Positions 1-12,414 of a stretch of DNA of 64,000 nucleotides are shown here, piece after piece (within the stretch, counting starts at the first letter, position 1; the number at the start of each line of letters is the position of its first letter). The DNA is taken from the NCBI GenBank assembly GCA_002269645.1, contig NIVC01000955.1, positions 62,001 through 126,000 on the forward strand. The letters are read 5' to 3'. The position numbers and the translations under genes are program-made. Origin of the DNA: Macrostomum lignano. Taxonomy: Eukaryota. The notes beneath the pieces were generated by a model. The model worked only from the letters and a program-made list of their open reading frames with translations. It did no database searches and had not been told where the DNA came from.

Positions 1-1
1 T

Positions 2-421
2 CTGATAGCCGTAGTGCTGCTCATCTCAACCGGGTTGCTGTTATTCACTTACAAGAGTACGCAGTTTCACACTGGCGGATTCCTGCTCGTACTATTGGCC
101 TCGTTTGTGTCCGGCGCCAGGTGGACAGCGGCTCAGGTTGCTACGCAACGGGCAGAATTAGGCTTAGCCAATCCCGTTGACATGATCTATCATGTGCAGC
201 CCTGGATGATCCTGGCACTGCTGCCTCTGGCCGTGGTGTTTGAAGGCGTCGAAGTCGGCACCACGGCGAACGCTTTTCGGGCCGACTCCGCCGAGGCGGC
301 TCTGCGCACCCTGGGTGCCCTCACTGGCGGAGCCCTGCTGGCCTTCGGGCTGGAGTTCTCCGAGTACCTGCTCATCCACCACACCAGCTCGCTCACGCTG
401 TCCGTGTCCGGCATATTCAAG
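2..421 (+). CDS. SLC35C2: SLC35C2-like nucleotide-sugar transporter, internal exon (5' end lies outside the window)
   Basis: LIAVVLLISTGLLLFTYKSTQF...ELGLANPVDMIYHVQP...TSSLTLSVSGIFK matches the SLC35C2 motifs FTYKSTQF, LGLxNPxD and TSSLTLSxxGIFK; donor AAG|GTAATC at 421/422. Confidence 0.92.
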
Positions 422-433
422 GTAATCATATTC

Positions 434-965
434 ACTGACTGACTGACTGACTGACTGACTGACTGACTGACTGACTGACTGACTGACTGACTGTCTGACT
501 GACTGACTGACTGACTGACTGACTGACTGACTGACTGACTGTCTGACTGACTGACTGACTGACTGACTGACTGACTGACTGACTGACTGTCTGACTGACT
601 TACTGTCTGACTGACTGTCTGACTGACTGACTGACTGACTGACTGACTGACTGTCTGTCTGACTGTCTGTCTGTCTGTCTGTCTGTCTGTCTGACTGACT
701 GACTGGCTGACTGACTGACTGACTGACTGACTATCTGACTGACTGACTGACTGACTGACTGACTGACTGACTGACTGACTGACTGTCTGACTGTCTGTCA
801 GTCTGACTGACTGACTGACTGACTGACTGACTGACTGACTGACTGACTATCTGACTGACTGACTGACTGACTATCTGACTGACTGACTGACTGACTGACT
901 GACTGACTGACTGACTGACTGACTGACTGACTGACTGACTGACTGACTGACTGACTGACTGACTG
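434..965. repeat. (GACT)n microsatellite with GTCT variants, intronic
   Basis: Directly visible; begins about 12 bp after the splice donor. Confidence 0.98.
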
Positions 966-1164
966 AAAAAAATAGAAGAGAGACAATGGCCTGAAAGATC
1001 TGCGTTAACTGGGTCCCTTGTGGGCCACACTGTGATCTTACTTCTAAAGCTAGAATGTGTTAGTGAGTGCCTAAATAAGTGGATTTCTTTCTTTAATGCT
1101 CAAATTCATCAAATTATAATGGCAAGAAAACTGTAATGTTTGTTTAATTCTCTTCAATTCCCAG

Positions 1165-1294
1165 GAGATCTGCACTATCTATCTGGCGTCGCAGATTCAC
1201 TCGGACCCAATCACTGTGGTTAATTGGATTGGCATGTTCACCTGTTTAAGCGGCATTGGGCTGCACTGCGTACTGAAATTTGGTCGCCAAGCGC
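1165..1294 (+). CDS. SLC35C2: SLC35C2-like, next exon (last TM helices)
   Basis: Acceptor TTCCCAG|GAG in phase 0; EICTIYLASQIHSDPITVVNWIGMFTCLSGIGLHCVLK continues the family pattern EVCTLL...NWLGFALCLSGISLH; donor GCGC|GTGAGT at 1294/1295. Confidence 0.85.
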
Positions 1295-1579
1295 GTGAGT
1301 TACATTAAATGCAACACGAATTCTTGGAAGATTTCCCGTGAAAAAAACTAGTGCACTTTTATTTCTAGTTTATTGTATGGTTTTTACAAGCACTACTCAA
1401 GTAGAAGGATGGGAAACTGTGTTTCGGGTTTTGCTGGAAAAATACGCTATGGAAATGAGAGGTTTTCATTTTTCAGCACAAAAATTATTGCTTTTGATGG
1501 GAGGCAGACCCAATGTTCATCTTTTGATATGACTTGCCTTTCTTATGACTTTATGGATATTCATAAAGCTTTTCGTTTA

Positions 1580-1880
1580 GGTGGTTGTAGCCTGGTGGTT
1601 AGAACGTCGGACTCACGATTTGAAGGTCCGGAGTTCGATTCCCGATCCCACTGGAACAATTTGTGCCCTTGAGCAAGACACTTAACTCTGATTTGCTTCA
1701 GTTCACCCAGCTGTAAAATGGGTGCCAGCATTAGCTGGGATAATTGAGGATGTGTGTGGCGACCCCCCAGCCCTTGGACTGAACAGCCGTACGCAGCCTT
1801 CAGATGCGCCGCGCAATAGCTGCGGCTGAGCTGTCGGTTGCACATCTGGCCATTAAGGCAGGTGTAATCAATCAATCAAT
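1580..1880 (+). mobile_element. tRNA-derived SINE with a CORE-like central domain
   Basis: Pol III A box TAGCCTGGTGG and B box GTTCGATTC; then GTGCCCTTGAGCAAGACACTTAAC...CAGCTGTAAAATGGG resembling the MIR/CORE block GTGACCTTGGGCAAGTCACTTAAC...CATCTGTAAAATGGG; (ATCA)n tail. No clear TSD. Confidence 0.8.
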
Positions 1881-2576
1881 TCTATGTTAATTTTATATCA
1901 AACGCACATTCGGACATGTACTGTGCCTAAAATCATAAAAATGACACAGCTCGACACAGGTGTTTTGTGAATCAATTTTATTATTCTTAGCTTAATTACA
2001 GTGTGTAGCAAAATGCTAATAAATCATTAGTTAGTAGGCAAAATATATGTTAAGTAAAGGATTACGCAGATTTGCTTTTCCGCTACTCTTAGTAGCTTTT
2101 GTGCCGGAAATGTCATGGATAGGTTAGTTATAGGGTTGTGGGGATTTCCCATGCCATAAGTTTATGTTTATGTTTATAACTCCATGTTTATGTTCACAGA
2201 TGACTCAAAATTAAAAATTCATAGAAATCTTAAAACTTAAAAAATCTCGATAACTAAAACTAAGTTTCGCGTCCTACTTAAATCGTTTTTAGATTCTTAG
2301 CCTTCAAAACTATTCGAATTCTTCGCTAATCCAATTTTCAGGCCTGGAGATTCGCAGCGCTCGAACAATTACTTCGCTAGCTAAAGTTGTAGGCTATTTA
2401 GCAATTTTATTGATTATCGCCAATCTGCTACTTGGGTGAGTAGTATGCTAATAATTTGATTGGTTAACTATATTTAGATGCTTAAAAGTCTATGTTAGTT
2501 ATATACACGTTCTCGTATTGCACCTTAGAAATCGTAAAGTACTACTAATACATTAAATCTCCCTCTCCATTTGCAG

Positions 2577-2605
2577 CATCATCTAGTTGTCCGCACGATC
2601 TGTGA
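2577..2605 (+). CDS. Possible short terminal exon of SLC35C2 (PSSSCPHDL*)
   Basis: CTAAT branch-like motif, pyrimidine tract and TTGCAG acceptor; reads to a stop when joined in phase 1. No homology support. Confidence 0.25.
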
Positions 2606-3194
2606 CTATATCATTTAAATAAATAACGCGTGCACAAGGTAATTAATTACCTTTGATTTTTATCCGCTATATCGTATTCCAATGCGTTCTTGTTATCGAA
2701 TTGTCAGAATTCTGGCAAATGATGTTATTTAATGTGCCTTCCATTTGCTTATTACTCGTAATAAGTTAAAATACTGATTTTTCTTCTTCAATGCTATTTT
2801 TAATACAGGTACAAGTAAATTGGATTCTAATTGTTAGTTATCAATTTTCTCATTAACACTTTGCATGCCTCTTTCTATCCCATAATATATATCGTAATAG
2901 ATGTCTTTGTTCAACTCTTTTAGATTGCATTTTCTACTTTAATTACGTATGCTCCACTTTGGCATCGAATAGATTACCTTATTGATTGATGTGTACAATA
3001 ATACAGTACAGGCGGATTGTGTTGTGTTTATTAATTAGGGTTAATTTCAATCCAATTTAGTGCTTAGTTTATGAATTGGTTTTGGTTCTGTTTAACATTG
3101 TAGTGTGTAGTGCCTGAGTGTCTAGCTGTATATCAAGGCTTTGTCATTATTTTTTTTGTGAATGGATTCTTATAATTTAGTAAACCACTGTAAA

Positions 3195-3440
3195 CACCCC
3201 AATTATCATTTAGTGCAGCGCCACCCACCCCCAATTATCATTTGTGCCGCCAGCCCACACCCCAATTATCATTTAGTGCAGCGCCACCCACCCCCAATTA
3301 TCACTTGTGCCGCTAGCCCACACCCCAATTATCATTTAGTGCAGCGCCACCCACCCCCAATTATCACTTGTGCCGCTAGCCCACACCCCAATTATCATTT
3401 AGTGCAGCGCCACCCATCCCAAATTATCATTTGTGCCGCC
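3195..3440. repeat. 63-bp tandem repeat, about 4 copies, made of two related subunits
   Basis: AATTATCATTTAGTGCAGCGCCACC recurs at 3201, 3264, 3327 and 3390. Confidence 0.92.
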
Positions 3441-3517
3441 TAGTAGCTCTTCGAGTTTTGTGGACTTTTTCACCCCTTAGCTTATGAATTTATCATTATT
3501 TATATTATAACGCGGTA

Positions 3518-3548
<31 letters not shown>

Positions 3549-4364
3549 CGTATTATTCAATATCACTCAGTGTAAAAAGATTATAATTGACTCGTTTTTC
3601 GGGACTTCCGCATAGCTACTTTTTTTTCTAATGTCATTCTCAGATTTCACGGTGGACTAATTTTATAGTTTATAATTTATGCATTACTTGTAAGTCAGTT
3701 AAATATATAAATGCACTTGCAAACAGAGCTGATTTAATTTCAATTCTGTATATCTATTACGCGCCATGACGTGATCGGATCAGCTTTCAATTTTATTAAA
3801 TCATTTTCGTAATTATTAACTATTTATATAGGCTACTCACAAGTAGTATCATACATGAACCCGCGAGATAATGGTTAAGTACTCGTAGTACGATTCCAGT
3901 GCATTACTCGAGACGATTGCTACTAATTAAATTGCTAGGTCAATGCAGATCAGTTTATTTATAAGTAAAAGGAAAATAAGCGAAATAAATATAGTTATAA
4001 CAAAATACATAGCAACAGAGAAGAAAGTTTTTGTAGAGTTTTACATAAAATTAAACGCAAGAAATATAAAAATTAAAAATACGTGTGATAGGATGGAAAA
4101 TACAAACAAATTACAAGTAAAGTTAATTAAAGATTATTCGATAATTCGATAACATGTAAACGAATAATAGCATGACTAAAATGCCTGGCATGAACAATAG
4201 CAGTTTCGAAATATTTTAGGAAAAATAGCACCTCAAATAATTATACTCCGACTCCGTATGCTTCTAACAAAATGTGCATTGTGGACTTGGCATTCATGGT
4301 TATGGTCCTAATAGTCGATTAATATTTCAACTAAATTGGGGCAGTTACTTATCTCATAGGAGAT

Positions 4365-4745
4365 CACAGAGTCCCTCAGATTCTTGGGTCAGTGAGTCAC
4401 AGAGTCCCTCAGATTTTTGAGTCAGTGAGTCACAGACCCTTAGATTCTTGAGTCAGTGAGTCACAGACCCTTAGATTCTTGAGTCAGTGAGTCACACAGA
4501 GTCCCTCAGATTCTTGGGTCAGTGAGTCATAAATTCCCTCAGATTCTTGAGTCAGTGAGTCACAGACCCTCTGATTCTTGAGTCAGTGAGTCACGGACCC
4601 TCTGATTCTTGAGTCAGTGAGTCACAGAGTCTCCCTAATTCTTGGGTCAGTGAATCACAGACCCTCTGATTCTTGAGTCAGTGAATCACAGACCCTCTGA
4701 TCTGGGGTCAGTGAGTCACAGAGTCCCCCTAATTCTTGGGTCAGT
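4365..4745. repeat. About 32-35 bp minisatellite (CACAGACCCTCAGATTCTTGAGTCAGTGAGT-like)
   Basis: About 11 imperfect tandem copies. Confidence 0.92.
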
Positions 4746-4842
4746 GAATATACGGCTGTTTATATCCCATTGCATAATTGAGTAGAGCTGTCGGGAGGAT
4801 CTTACTGCGTCAATTAAAGAGTGAAATTTATATGTTGACCCA

Positions 4843-5408
4843 TTAGCCCTGCTCCGAGAGAGCATACCCGGGCACAGGTGTGGCAGAGTGATACCACATT
4901 GAGTCGTTGGCCGAGGCAGACGCAGACTTGGAAGTCGCGGACCTGCTGCGGCCGCACGGCAGAGTCAGCCTGGTCAGCTTGCAAGCCGGCCGCAGTCGGA
5001 AATGCGGCCTGGGTCGGAATGGCGCCGATGGTGGCGTTTTAGCGGCACTGGTGCGCGGCATACGCAGCAGAACGTGCATGCTGGTTAGAGGGATGGCATC
5101 TGCTAGGCCGGATACCCCTAGCAACCGGCTGAAGACCAGCTGGCGCTGCTGTCTGCTGGCCGCGCCAACTTCCAAATCGTCATCAGATTCGTCTCCGTCA
5201 GCATCCTCATCGCTGCTGTAGTTCTCTTTGTCATCTTCATCATGAGCCTGTTCGGCCTCGAACTCGGAGGTGTCAGCAAATTCTAACAGCACGGCTTGGT
5301 CCAGACTGAGCAGGCTGGGGCCGAATGCCAGCATGATGGCGTCAGAGTGGCGTGCAGAACGGCTGGCACCACTTCAGCCAGGCAGCGAAGCATTCGCTCC
5401 TGGTGCAC
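4843..5408 (-). pseudogene. MAD2L1BP: p31comet-like exon 2, second copy (7-bp deletion frameshift, keeps the native C-terminus)
   Basis: Matches the other copy except for loss of CGAACTG near 5349, which leads to an early TAG; retains DSMWYHSATPVPGY, similar to p31comet DYIWFQAPVTFKGF. Confidence 0.7.
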
Positions 5409-6245
5409 CTGGCCAGGGAGTTGCAATTGAAGTAAACATTGTCAAGTCACATTCACATTTTTCAGGATGCTTATCATGTACGCAAATCTATATTTTAATA
5501 ACTTAGTTCATCACAAATGTCACTTGCAGCAATGCACTTATCTACTCTTCTTCAGCAGCAAAGCCACCATTGAGTCGTTGGCCGAGGCAGACGCAGACTT
5601 GGAAGTCGCGGACCTGCTGCGGCCGCACGGCAGAGTCAGCCTGGTCAGCTTGCAAGCCGGCCGCAGTCGGAAATGCGGCCTGGGTCGGAATGGCGCCGAT
5701 GGTGGCGTTTTAGCGGCACTGGTGCGCGGCATACGCAGCAGAACGTGCATGCTGGTTAGAGGGATGGCATCTGCTAGGCCGGATACCCCTAGCAACCGGC
5801 TGAAGACCAGCTGGCGCTGCTGTCTGCTGGCCGCGCCAACTTCCAAATCGTCATCAGATTCGTCTCCGTCAGCATCCTCATCGCTGCTGTAGTTCTCTTT
5901 GTCATCTTCATCATGAGCCTGTTCGGCCTCGAACTCGGAGGTGTCAGCAAATTCTAACAGCACGGCTTGGTCCAGACTGAGCAGGCTGGGGCCGAATGCC
6001 AGCATGATGGCGTCAGAGTGCGAACTGGCGTGCAGAACGGCTGGCACCACTTCAGCCAGGCAGCGAAGCATTCGCTCCTGGTGCACCTGGCCAGGGAGTT
6101 GCAATTGAAGTAAACATTGTCAAGTCACATTCACATTTTTCAGGATGCTTATCATGTACGCAAATCTATATTTTAATAACTTAGTTCATCACAAATGTCA
6201 CTTGCAGCAATGCACTTATCTACTCTTCTTCAGCAGCAAAGCCAC
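4897..6245. repeat. Head-to-tail segmental duplication (671 bp + 678 bp)
   Basis: 4897-5567 matches 5568-6245 apart from a 7-bp indel; 2-bp CA microhomology at the junction. Confidence 0.95.
5538..6086 (-). CDS. MAD2L1BP: p31comet-like exon 2, first-transcribed copy (frame intact, C-terminus replaced at the duplication junction)
   Basis: Acceptor CCCTGGCCAG|GTG; IMLAFGPSLLSLDQAVLLEF, RQLVFSRLL...IPLTSMHVLL and FRPRPHFRL...LTLPCG align to p31comet VLILLGGNALSPKEFYELDL, RRLFRAIF...PPLMGTVVM and FRPKLNYRV...VTLSCG; ends NDSM|VALLLKKSR*. Confidence 0.7.
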   Translation of the reverse strand: MHQERMLRCLAEVVPAVLHASSHSDAIMLAFGPSLLSLDQAVLLEFADTSEFEAEQAHDEDDKENYSSDEDADGDESDDDLEVGAASRQQRQLVFSRLLGVSGLADAIPLTSMHVLLRMPRTSAAKTPPSAPFRPRPHFRLRPACKLTRLTLPCGRSRSATSKSASASANDSMVALLLKKSR

Positions 6246-7352
6246 CAATTTTTTGCATTTATAATAGTAAAATAGAAATATTATTTGTTTTTTCCTGATA
6301 TTTAAAGTTGCTAAAGCTGCTAAAATTGTCTTTGCCTTTCCACAATTAGCATCAATGTATGCACTGTTTCAACAACCCCAGGCTGATTTAGATTAGAAAT
6401 TATTGAAAACTAAATAAATTTAAGACATAGAAAACTTCCCTTTCTGTGTACAAGTTTGAAATGCTTATAACTATTGGCAGACACATGGCATTGCAATAAA
6501 ATTTTATGCTTCAATAAAACAAATTTGAAAGAGAATATAAATAAAAATTTAACTTATTTAATAAACAATCCTATTGTCCACAATGAATACAGTCCAACAA
6601 ACTTCACAACACCCCTTGTATAAATCAATGCTACTAAAAGATTTTGAATATAAGTAGCTCTCAATTTTCTTACCAATTATTCTATTTACTTTTCAACCAA
6701 GTTATACATATGGCATTATGGTATAACTTTATCTTTTAACTTTAATTTGACTATTCTGTTAACTTTATTCATCAAATTGTCTATATAATTTTTTCAACTA
6801 TTCTATCAACTTTTCCATTAACTATTTTATAAACTTTTATGTTTACTGAATAGAGAGTGATTTTTGCACAATTCATTTTTGTAACTTTTTGATACATGCT
6901 TTGATTGAGAAATCAAGCATGTTAAAATTTGCAGCCAAACATATTTACAAAAAATAAAAATCATTTTAATAGAATAAAATAAATTTAAAAACTGAAAATT
7001 GATAGTGTTGGGCACTAGTCAGTTAAGTGTTAATATGTTAAGTTATACTTATATATAGATATATGCTTATTTATTTAAAGATAAAAAATATCAAAAAAAA
7101 TTTTTATGCAATTGGTTTTAGCATGCCAAAACCAATACAGCCAATTATAAAAATATTATAATAATTCTAATATGCTTAATTTGTTAAATAGATTTAATTA
7201 TATGAGAAACACTATTTTTAAAAATATATTTTTAGGATTCTAAGAACTTAAATTAGGTCTAGGCCTACACTACCTAGACTGCTAGACATGAGCCTAAAAT
7301 ATATTTTATTTTATTTTATAAAATTAATTTTATTATAATTTATAACACTTAC

Positions 7353-8030
7353 ATTTCTTTTAATATGTAGAATTGGAGATGGAGCTACACATTGAATTGC
7401 AAAGCTTTTTTTGGCTGATTCTAGTAGTGAATCAAATGTTTGAGAAAAACCAATTGAGATATTCATAGAAATTGAATCAAATGTCTCATTAATAAAAGAT
7501 ACATGGAGCTCATCTTTAGCATGAACGAATTCACACATAGGCTTTTTGCTTGAAATAGCTAACAATGGAGCCTTAAGATTTGCTGATTTAGCCTTTCCTT
7601 TGCATTCAATGGGACTTGTATAACAAGTGAACAAGGTAGTAGAATTCACTTTGTCAGTATAATTTTTACTTTGCAAGGTTTGCAATTTATGCTCAACTGG
7701 ACTTGCAAAACATGTAAACATAGGTTTAGCCTTAGCGTTGGATGAAGGTGGAAAAAAATTTTTTGCTGGTGTAACAGACAGTGTTGTTGACATATGAAGA
7801 CTGTTGCCAGAATTCGACACTGGTTTCTTCTCGTCTTTGGGCTTGGATAGTTTGTCAGGAGCAGGAACTAGCATCTTGACTTCCTTTTCAACTTCTTTAA
7901 AAGAGGGACATTGGCCCTTGATGAAAAACACAAAGGCAATTAAATCACACAGGAAAACAGACTTATTGGCGCAACGGTATTCAGGAAGAACGAGGTCTGC
8001 CTCGGGTTCGTTGCTGTTGCAGTTCATCAT
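7353..8030 (-). CDS. MAD2L1BP: p31comet / MAD2L1-binding protein-like HORMA protein, exon 1
   Basis: 226 open codons from ATG 8030; FLCDLIAFVFFIKGQCPSFKEV aligns by eye to p31comet FTCELLKHIMYQRQQLPLPYEQL; donor AAT|GTAAGT at 7353/7352 in phase 0, compatible with the acceptor at 6086. Confidence 0.65.
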
Positions 8031-10903
8031 AGAAGATTCAATTAATTAAAAAAATTTATTAAAAACAGTCAGTTCTGGTGAAGTTTCTTTGTTGGAACGC
8101 TAAGGTTAAATGGATTACGGGACGATTATCCTCTAAATCTTGTTTGCAAATACAAACGTCGCGTGCGCACACGTGCACGTTCTATGACCAGATTTTCGCG
8201 CTTTAAGGTTTTTCAAAAAATTAAATAAGTTTAAGGTTTAACAAATAAAGCAAAGTATTACCAATACTGCAAATGTTAAAGTTTTTTATTTAATTTAATT
8301 TTCTAAGCAAAATCATAAATAAAAATTACTTTTTGCTCCAAGTCACTCACAAAAAGTGTAAAAATGCGAGTTTGCACTAATTCAAGTTGCTCTAAAAAGT
8401 TCTAAAAAATTAAATCTTAAGCAGTTTGTGAAATGAAATGTAGATTTCCTTTTCTTCTAAATTAGTTTTTTATGTTTAGGGCTTAATTCTGTCTCAAAAA
8501 GCTGCCACTAAAGTTTTCACAGGCATGTCTATTGGAAACTTAGTTAGGAAAGTAGTTACTTGTCTAAAATTAATTTCCTTGGATTATCTTCTTAGCAATC
8601 TTAGAATTAGAAATTAGTAATTCTTAGAATTATAGGGTCTGGGTCTGGGTATGAGTCTGAATATAGATCTAAGAGGTCTACAAACTTTGCTAGCCAAGAA
8701 AGTTGCCAGCTGAAGGTTGTTAGCCAAGAAATTTTCCTGCCAGAAGCAGAATGTTGCTAGCCATAAAGTTGCTAATTGAGAAAACTTGTGGGCCAATTGT
8801 ATATATTCTGCAATAAAGTTCAGAATTGAGAATTTTAGCAGTTATCTAATCGAATAAATGATTTTAAAATTAGCCCCTTAGAAAAAAATATGAAGTATGG
8901 GCCTAGTGTGCAGAATAATGTGTGGAATAACATGCAAAATAACATACATAATGTTACACTCACTAGACTAAGATATACCCTTGTCTTGTTTTTAAATATA
9001 TATTCAGTTGCTAAAAGTTAAATAACATAAAGGTTTTTTATAGAGCTTAGTCTAGTAAAAAATGAATCAGTAGGCCTATTCTGCATGTTATTCTAGATCT
9101 TATTTTATACTTTATTCTGCAAATCTACTTTATTACTTTATTTATTATGCAATACTTGGTTTCCTAGCTTTATGTTTGGTACTAAAAACTACTAAACCAG
9201 GCTACCAAAGTATTGAAAACAAATCCTATCTACCAAATCCCATATACTAAATTGTTTTGTTGGTATCTATGCCAGTTCTCTCAATTCAACTTACTAACTG
9301 CTCTGTTTCTTTGATTTAAATTTGTTTGTTTGTATATTTTATTTCATTTTTGTTAGTTAATTAACGGACATAGGTTTTTCAAATATTATAGTATGTATGA
9401 TAGTAATTTTTTAATATTATAGTAAGTTTTTTAGCCAATACATTAGTTTTTGTTTATTTAATGTTAGGAATTATTATTTATATTAATTAAAGCATAAACT
9501 TTTTTCAAGCTCTTGTTATTTCTAATATTGTGCAGTCTCAGTCTTAGCCTCAGCCTCTAGACAATGCCAATAAGTAGCTAAGGCACTAATATAAAGTTTT
9601 TCAACTTTAGTATGATTAGCAAAGTTGTAGCAATCCAATTTTTCGCTTGTAGGTAAGATTGTATCACAACAAGTGCCTTGATAATGTGCAAAACAAGGCT
9701 GGTATACTTTTTTGTCACTATATTATTTAGATCAATAAACATGCATTTAACTTTGTCATTCCCATGTGGGAGTACAAGTAGGGCTTGCATTATACACATG
9801 AGAAGTGGCCAATTGCCAGCAGAAAAAACTTTGTTCCAGAAGCTTATCACATTTGTATTCTCACTAATAGAGAAATCTATAGCATTACTGGCAATGTCCT
9901 ACTAATGAAGTCTAGTCTCAATCCAGGGACTACTCAAATATTGAGATGGGAAACTAGGCAAATCATGGCAAAGTTTTTACGAGGCTGTTTAAATCTATGG
10001 CCGCGCCAATGCAGCAGTAGCTATTTCAATATTTCAATAAATCTTCAATAAATTTTATATTTTATTATATCTGTGAATTTTAATATTCAGGTGCTTTTAT
10101 GAACTATGTATATTTACTTGAAAGTCATTGGAAAAATAGTTCATAAAACATATAAGATAACATGAAGGACTATTTGTAAGGAGTGAATAGTGAACATGGA
10201 ACAGACAAACAATAAAAAGTTAACTCACACAGTGGATATGAGTATTAAAATATGGGAAGTTTGAACATATATATACACAGATAGGAAAATGAACAGATGC
10301 AAAAAAATATTTAACAGATTTAAGCATTGAATAGTTAGGAATACTCAATAGATGTAAACTTGTCTGTTGCGCAATGTCATGCACTTCTAAGTTTTTTGTC
10401 TTTCTCTCTTGAACAGTGACAGATAATGGAGCCACCTTCAATGATCTCTAAACAAGTCTCTTAAAGAATGTGTTTGTTGCTCTTCGTGCCACACCTTAGA
10501 TGTTGAAGTCAATGTAATGGAAGAAATTTTCAGCTATAGTTGTAAATAGTGTCTACACTCTTGTTGCACAAATGGGTAAGTGGGCAGTGAAACATGTGTA
10601 GCAAAGAGTTAGAAATGAAAACAGCCACTCTGGGGGGTGCCGTAGCTTTCCCTGCAATAGTAACTGAGTAAATTCACTGGCTTCTTCTTTTGTGCTATCC
10701 ACAAATTCTCTGTCAATGCCTTCAATTTTCTCCTTGACACAGATACAGCCAAAAAAAGATCCATTTAGTATTCGTATCATCACTACTTCAGCACACCAAA
10801 AATACAATTAGTCGAGGGCTATATACTAATTAGATACAGCAAGAAAAGAAATCTTACTAGCGATGAAATAAAGGGAAGCCTTTTCTGAGAGAGTGATGCC
10901 ATC

Positions 10904-12414
10904 CAGTGTTGCCACCACTGCGATTTTTTATTGCTCAGCGATTTTTTATCGCTCAGCAATAATTTTGTCTATTTTGCTCATTTCCTGCAATTTTTCGTGA
11001 ACACCAGTCCTTTCAACTTTTTTTCAAGTACTGTGTTTCATTTTGTGCTCAATTAAAGTGTCATGAATGTCATCAATATAGCATGAGGCTGTGCAAGCCT
11101 CCGGTTTTGAAGCTCGGCAAAAGGAGATTGAGCATGCTGCGGTTGAGCGAGCACTGAAGAAGGCTGCTGACGAAACGGCTTGGTGAAAGAGACAGCCGGA
11201 GTTCGGCGCTTGATCTGTCCTGCCAAAGGTTCCAAAGAAAAAATGAACATCCACTGAAGAGCCTGCAGTTTTGCCTGACTAACGTTTGACTAACCAAACA
11301 AAGATTCACATAAAAGTATTTCTTCCCCTACACTAACCAACATTGATCAACAATTAAAATATTAAAAGAATTCATTTCAGCTATATAGAATTAGAACAGA
11401 TTCAGACAACTGGAATATAGCACGAAATTTAGTTTTAAAATTGTTATTACTTATCAGCGGTCGTAGTGTTTTAGTTGGTTGCTCGGGTTGGTTCCATAAT
11501 GAACATCAGTAATCTATATTATACACTCAGCAACAGTCAAAACCACCACCCTACCAAGAGAGGCGACTTCTCTCTCACCTCAACTGCAAGCAACGTAACT
11601 TGCGCCACGGCGTGGCTAAAGCTGGGTGTGAATGAATGCAGGAGAGGGCAATCAGGTCTGGTTTGCCTGATGCAGAGGATGCCCTATCTGCTTCTTTCAC
11701 CCTACATTAGACAGAGCAGGGTGGCTGGCGCGGTCGGAGTTTGCCTGACAATCCGCAGCAGACGTCAATTTGCCCTGGCTGTTGAGCCACGGAGATCATG
11801 GCGCTGGCTGCCTATGGCTACGTGCTGAACACTACCAGTCTCTTGGGACTTCGTTAACAGCACTCGAATTGTTGAACGTGATCGGCCAAATCGGCAAGCA
11901 ACTGCGCTGATGGATGCACCAGCTTCTAGCATGCCAACAGTGTGCCATTGTTCAGTGTCTGTCATATGCCTGACCATTGTCACGTGTACTGTTGCACCCC
12001 CAACCCCAACCCCAGTCCCTTTTGTACTCTCACCCTGGAATTCACTCTCACCTAGCTTTAGCCACGCTGTGGCGCAAGTTACGTCACTTGCAGTTGAGGT
12101 GAGAGAGAAGTCGCCTCTTGGTAGGGTGGCGGTTTCGACTGTTGCTGAGTGTATGTATGCCTGTCTTCCCTTAAGAAAATGCTTGTGTTGTATGACTACT
12201 TCACTGATTTGGCATAAATGAGAGTTGCATGCAGTTATTGCAAATTGTAGTAGTTTTTTTAGTCAAATAGAAGATGGAATTAGAAATGGAAAGCTAAAAA
12301 AGAAAGTTGTTTTTGCATCCTGGCACCTTTTTTCAATGACAAAAAAGAAATTTGTTCCTGCAATTTTTTTCTTATCCTGCAATAATTTCTTTGGTTGCTG
12401 TAGTGGCAACACTG
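10904..12414. mobile_element. Non-autonomous hAT-type element inserted in the P transposase
   Basis: TIR CAGTGTTGCCAC / GTGGCAACACTG; 8-bp TSD ATGCCATC/ATACCATC; removal restores the P frame (NTDGI|TLSEKASLYFIA). Confidence 0.88.
11524..12151 (-). mobile_element. Internally deleted Tc1/mariner element (628 bp)
   Basis: About 110-bp TIRs starting CACTCAGCAACAGTC; TA TSD at 11522-11523 and 12152-12153; Tc1-type N-terminal HTH relic VGMLEAGASISAVACRFGRSRSTI...QETGSV (11765-11983). Confidence 0.9.

Noticed and set aside
1585-1655. tRNA gene
   Set aside because: Has A and B boxes but continues into a CORE-like block and a simple-repeat tail, so it is a SINE head.
8640-8800. Candidate left terminus of the outer hAT element (AGAGGTCTACAAAC...)
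   Set aside because: No matching inverted copy or TSD was found at 16650-17500, so the boundary is not reported.
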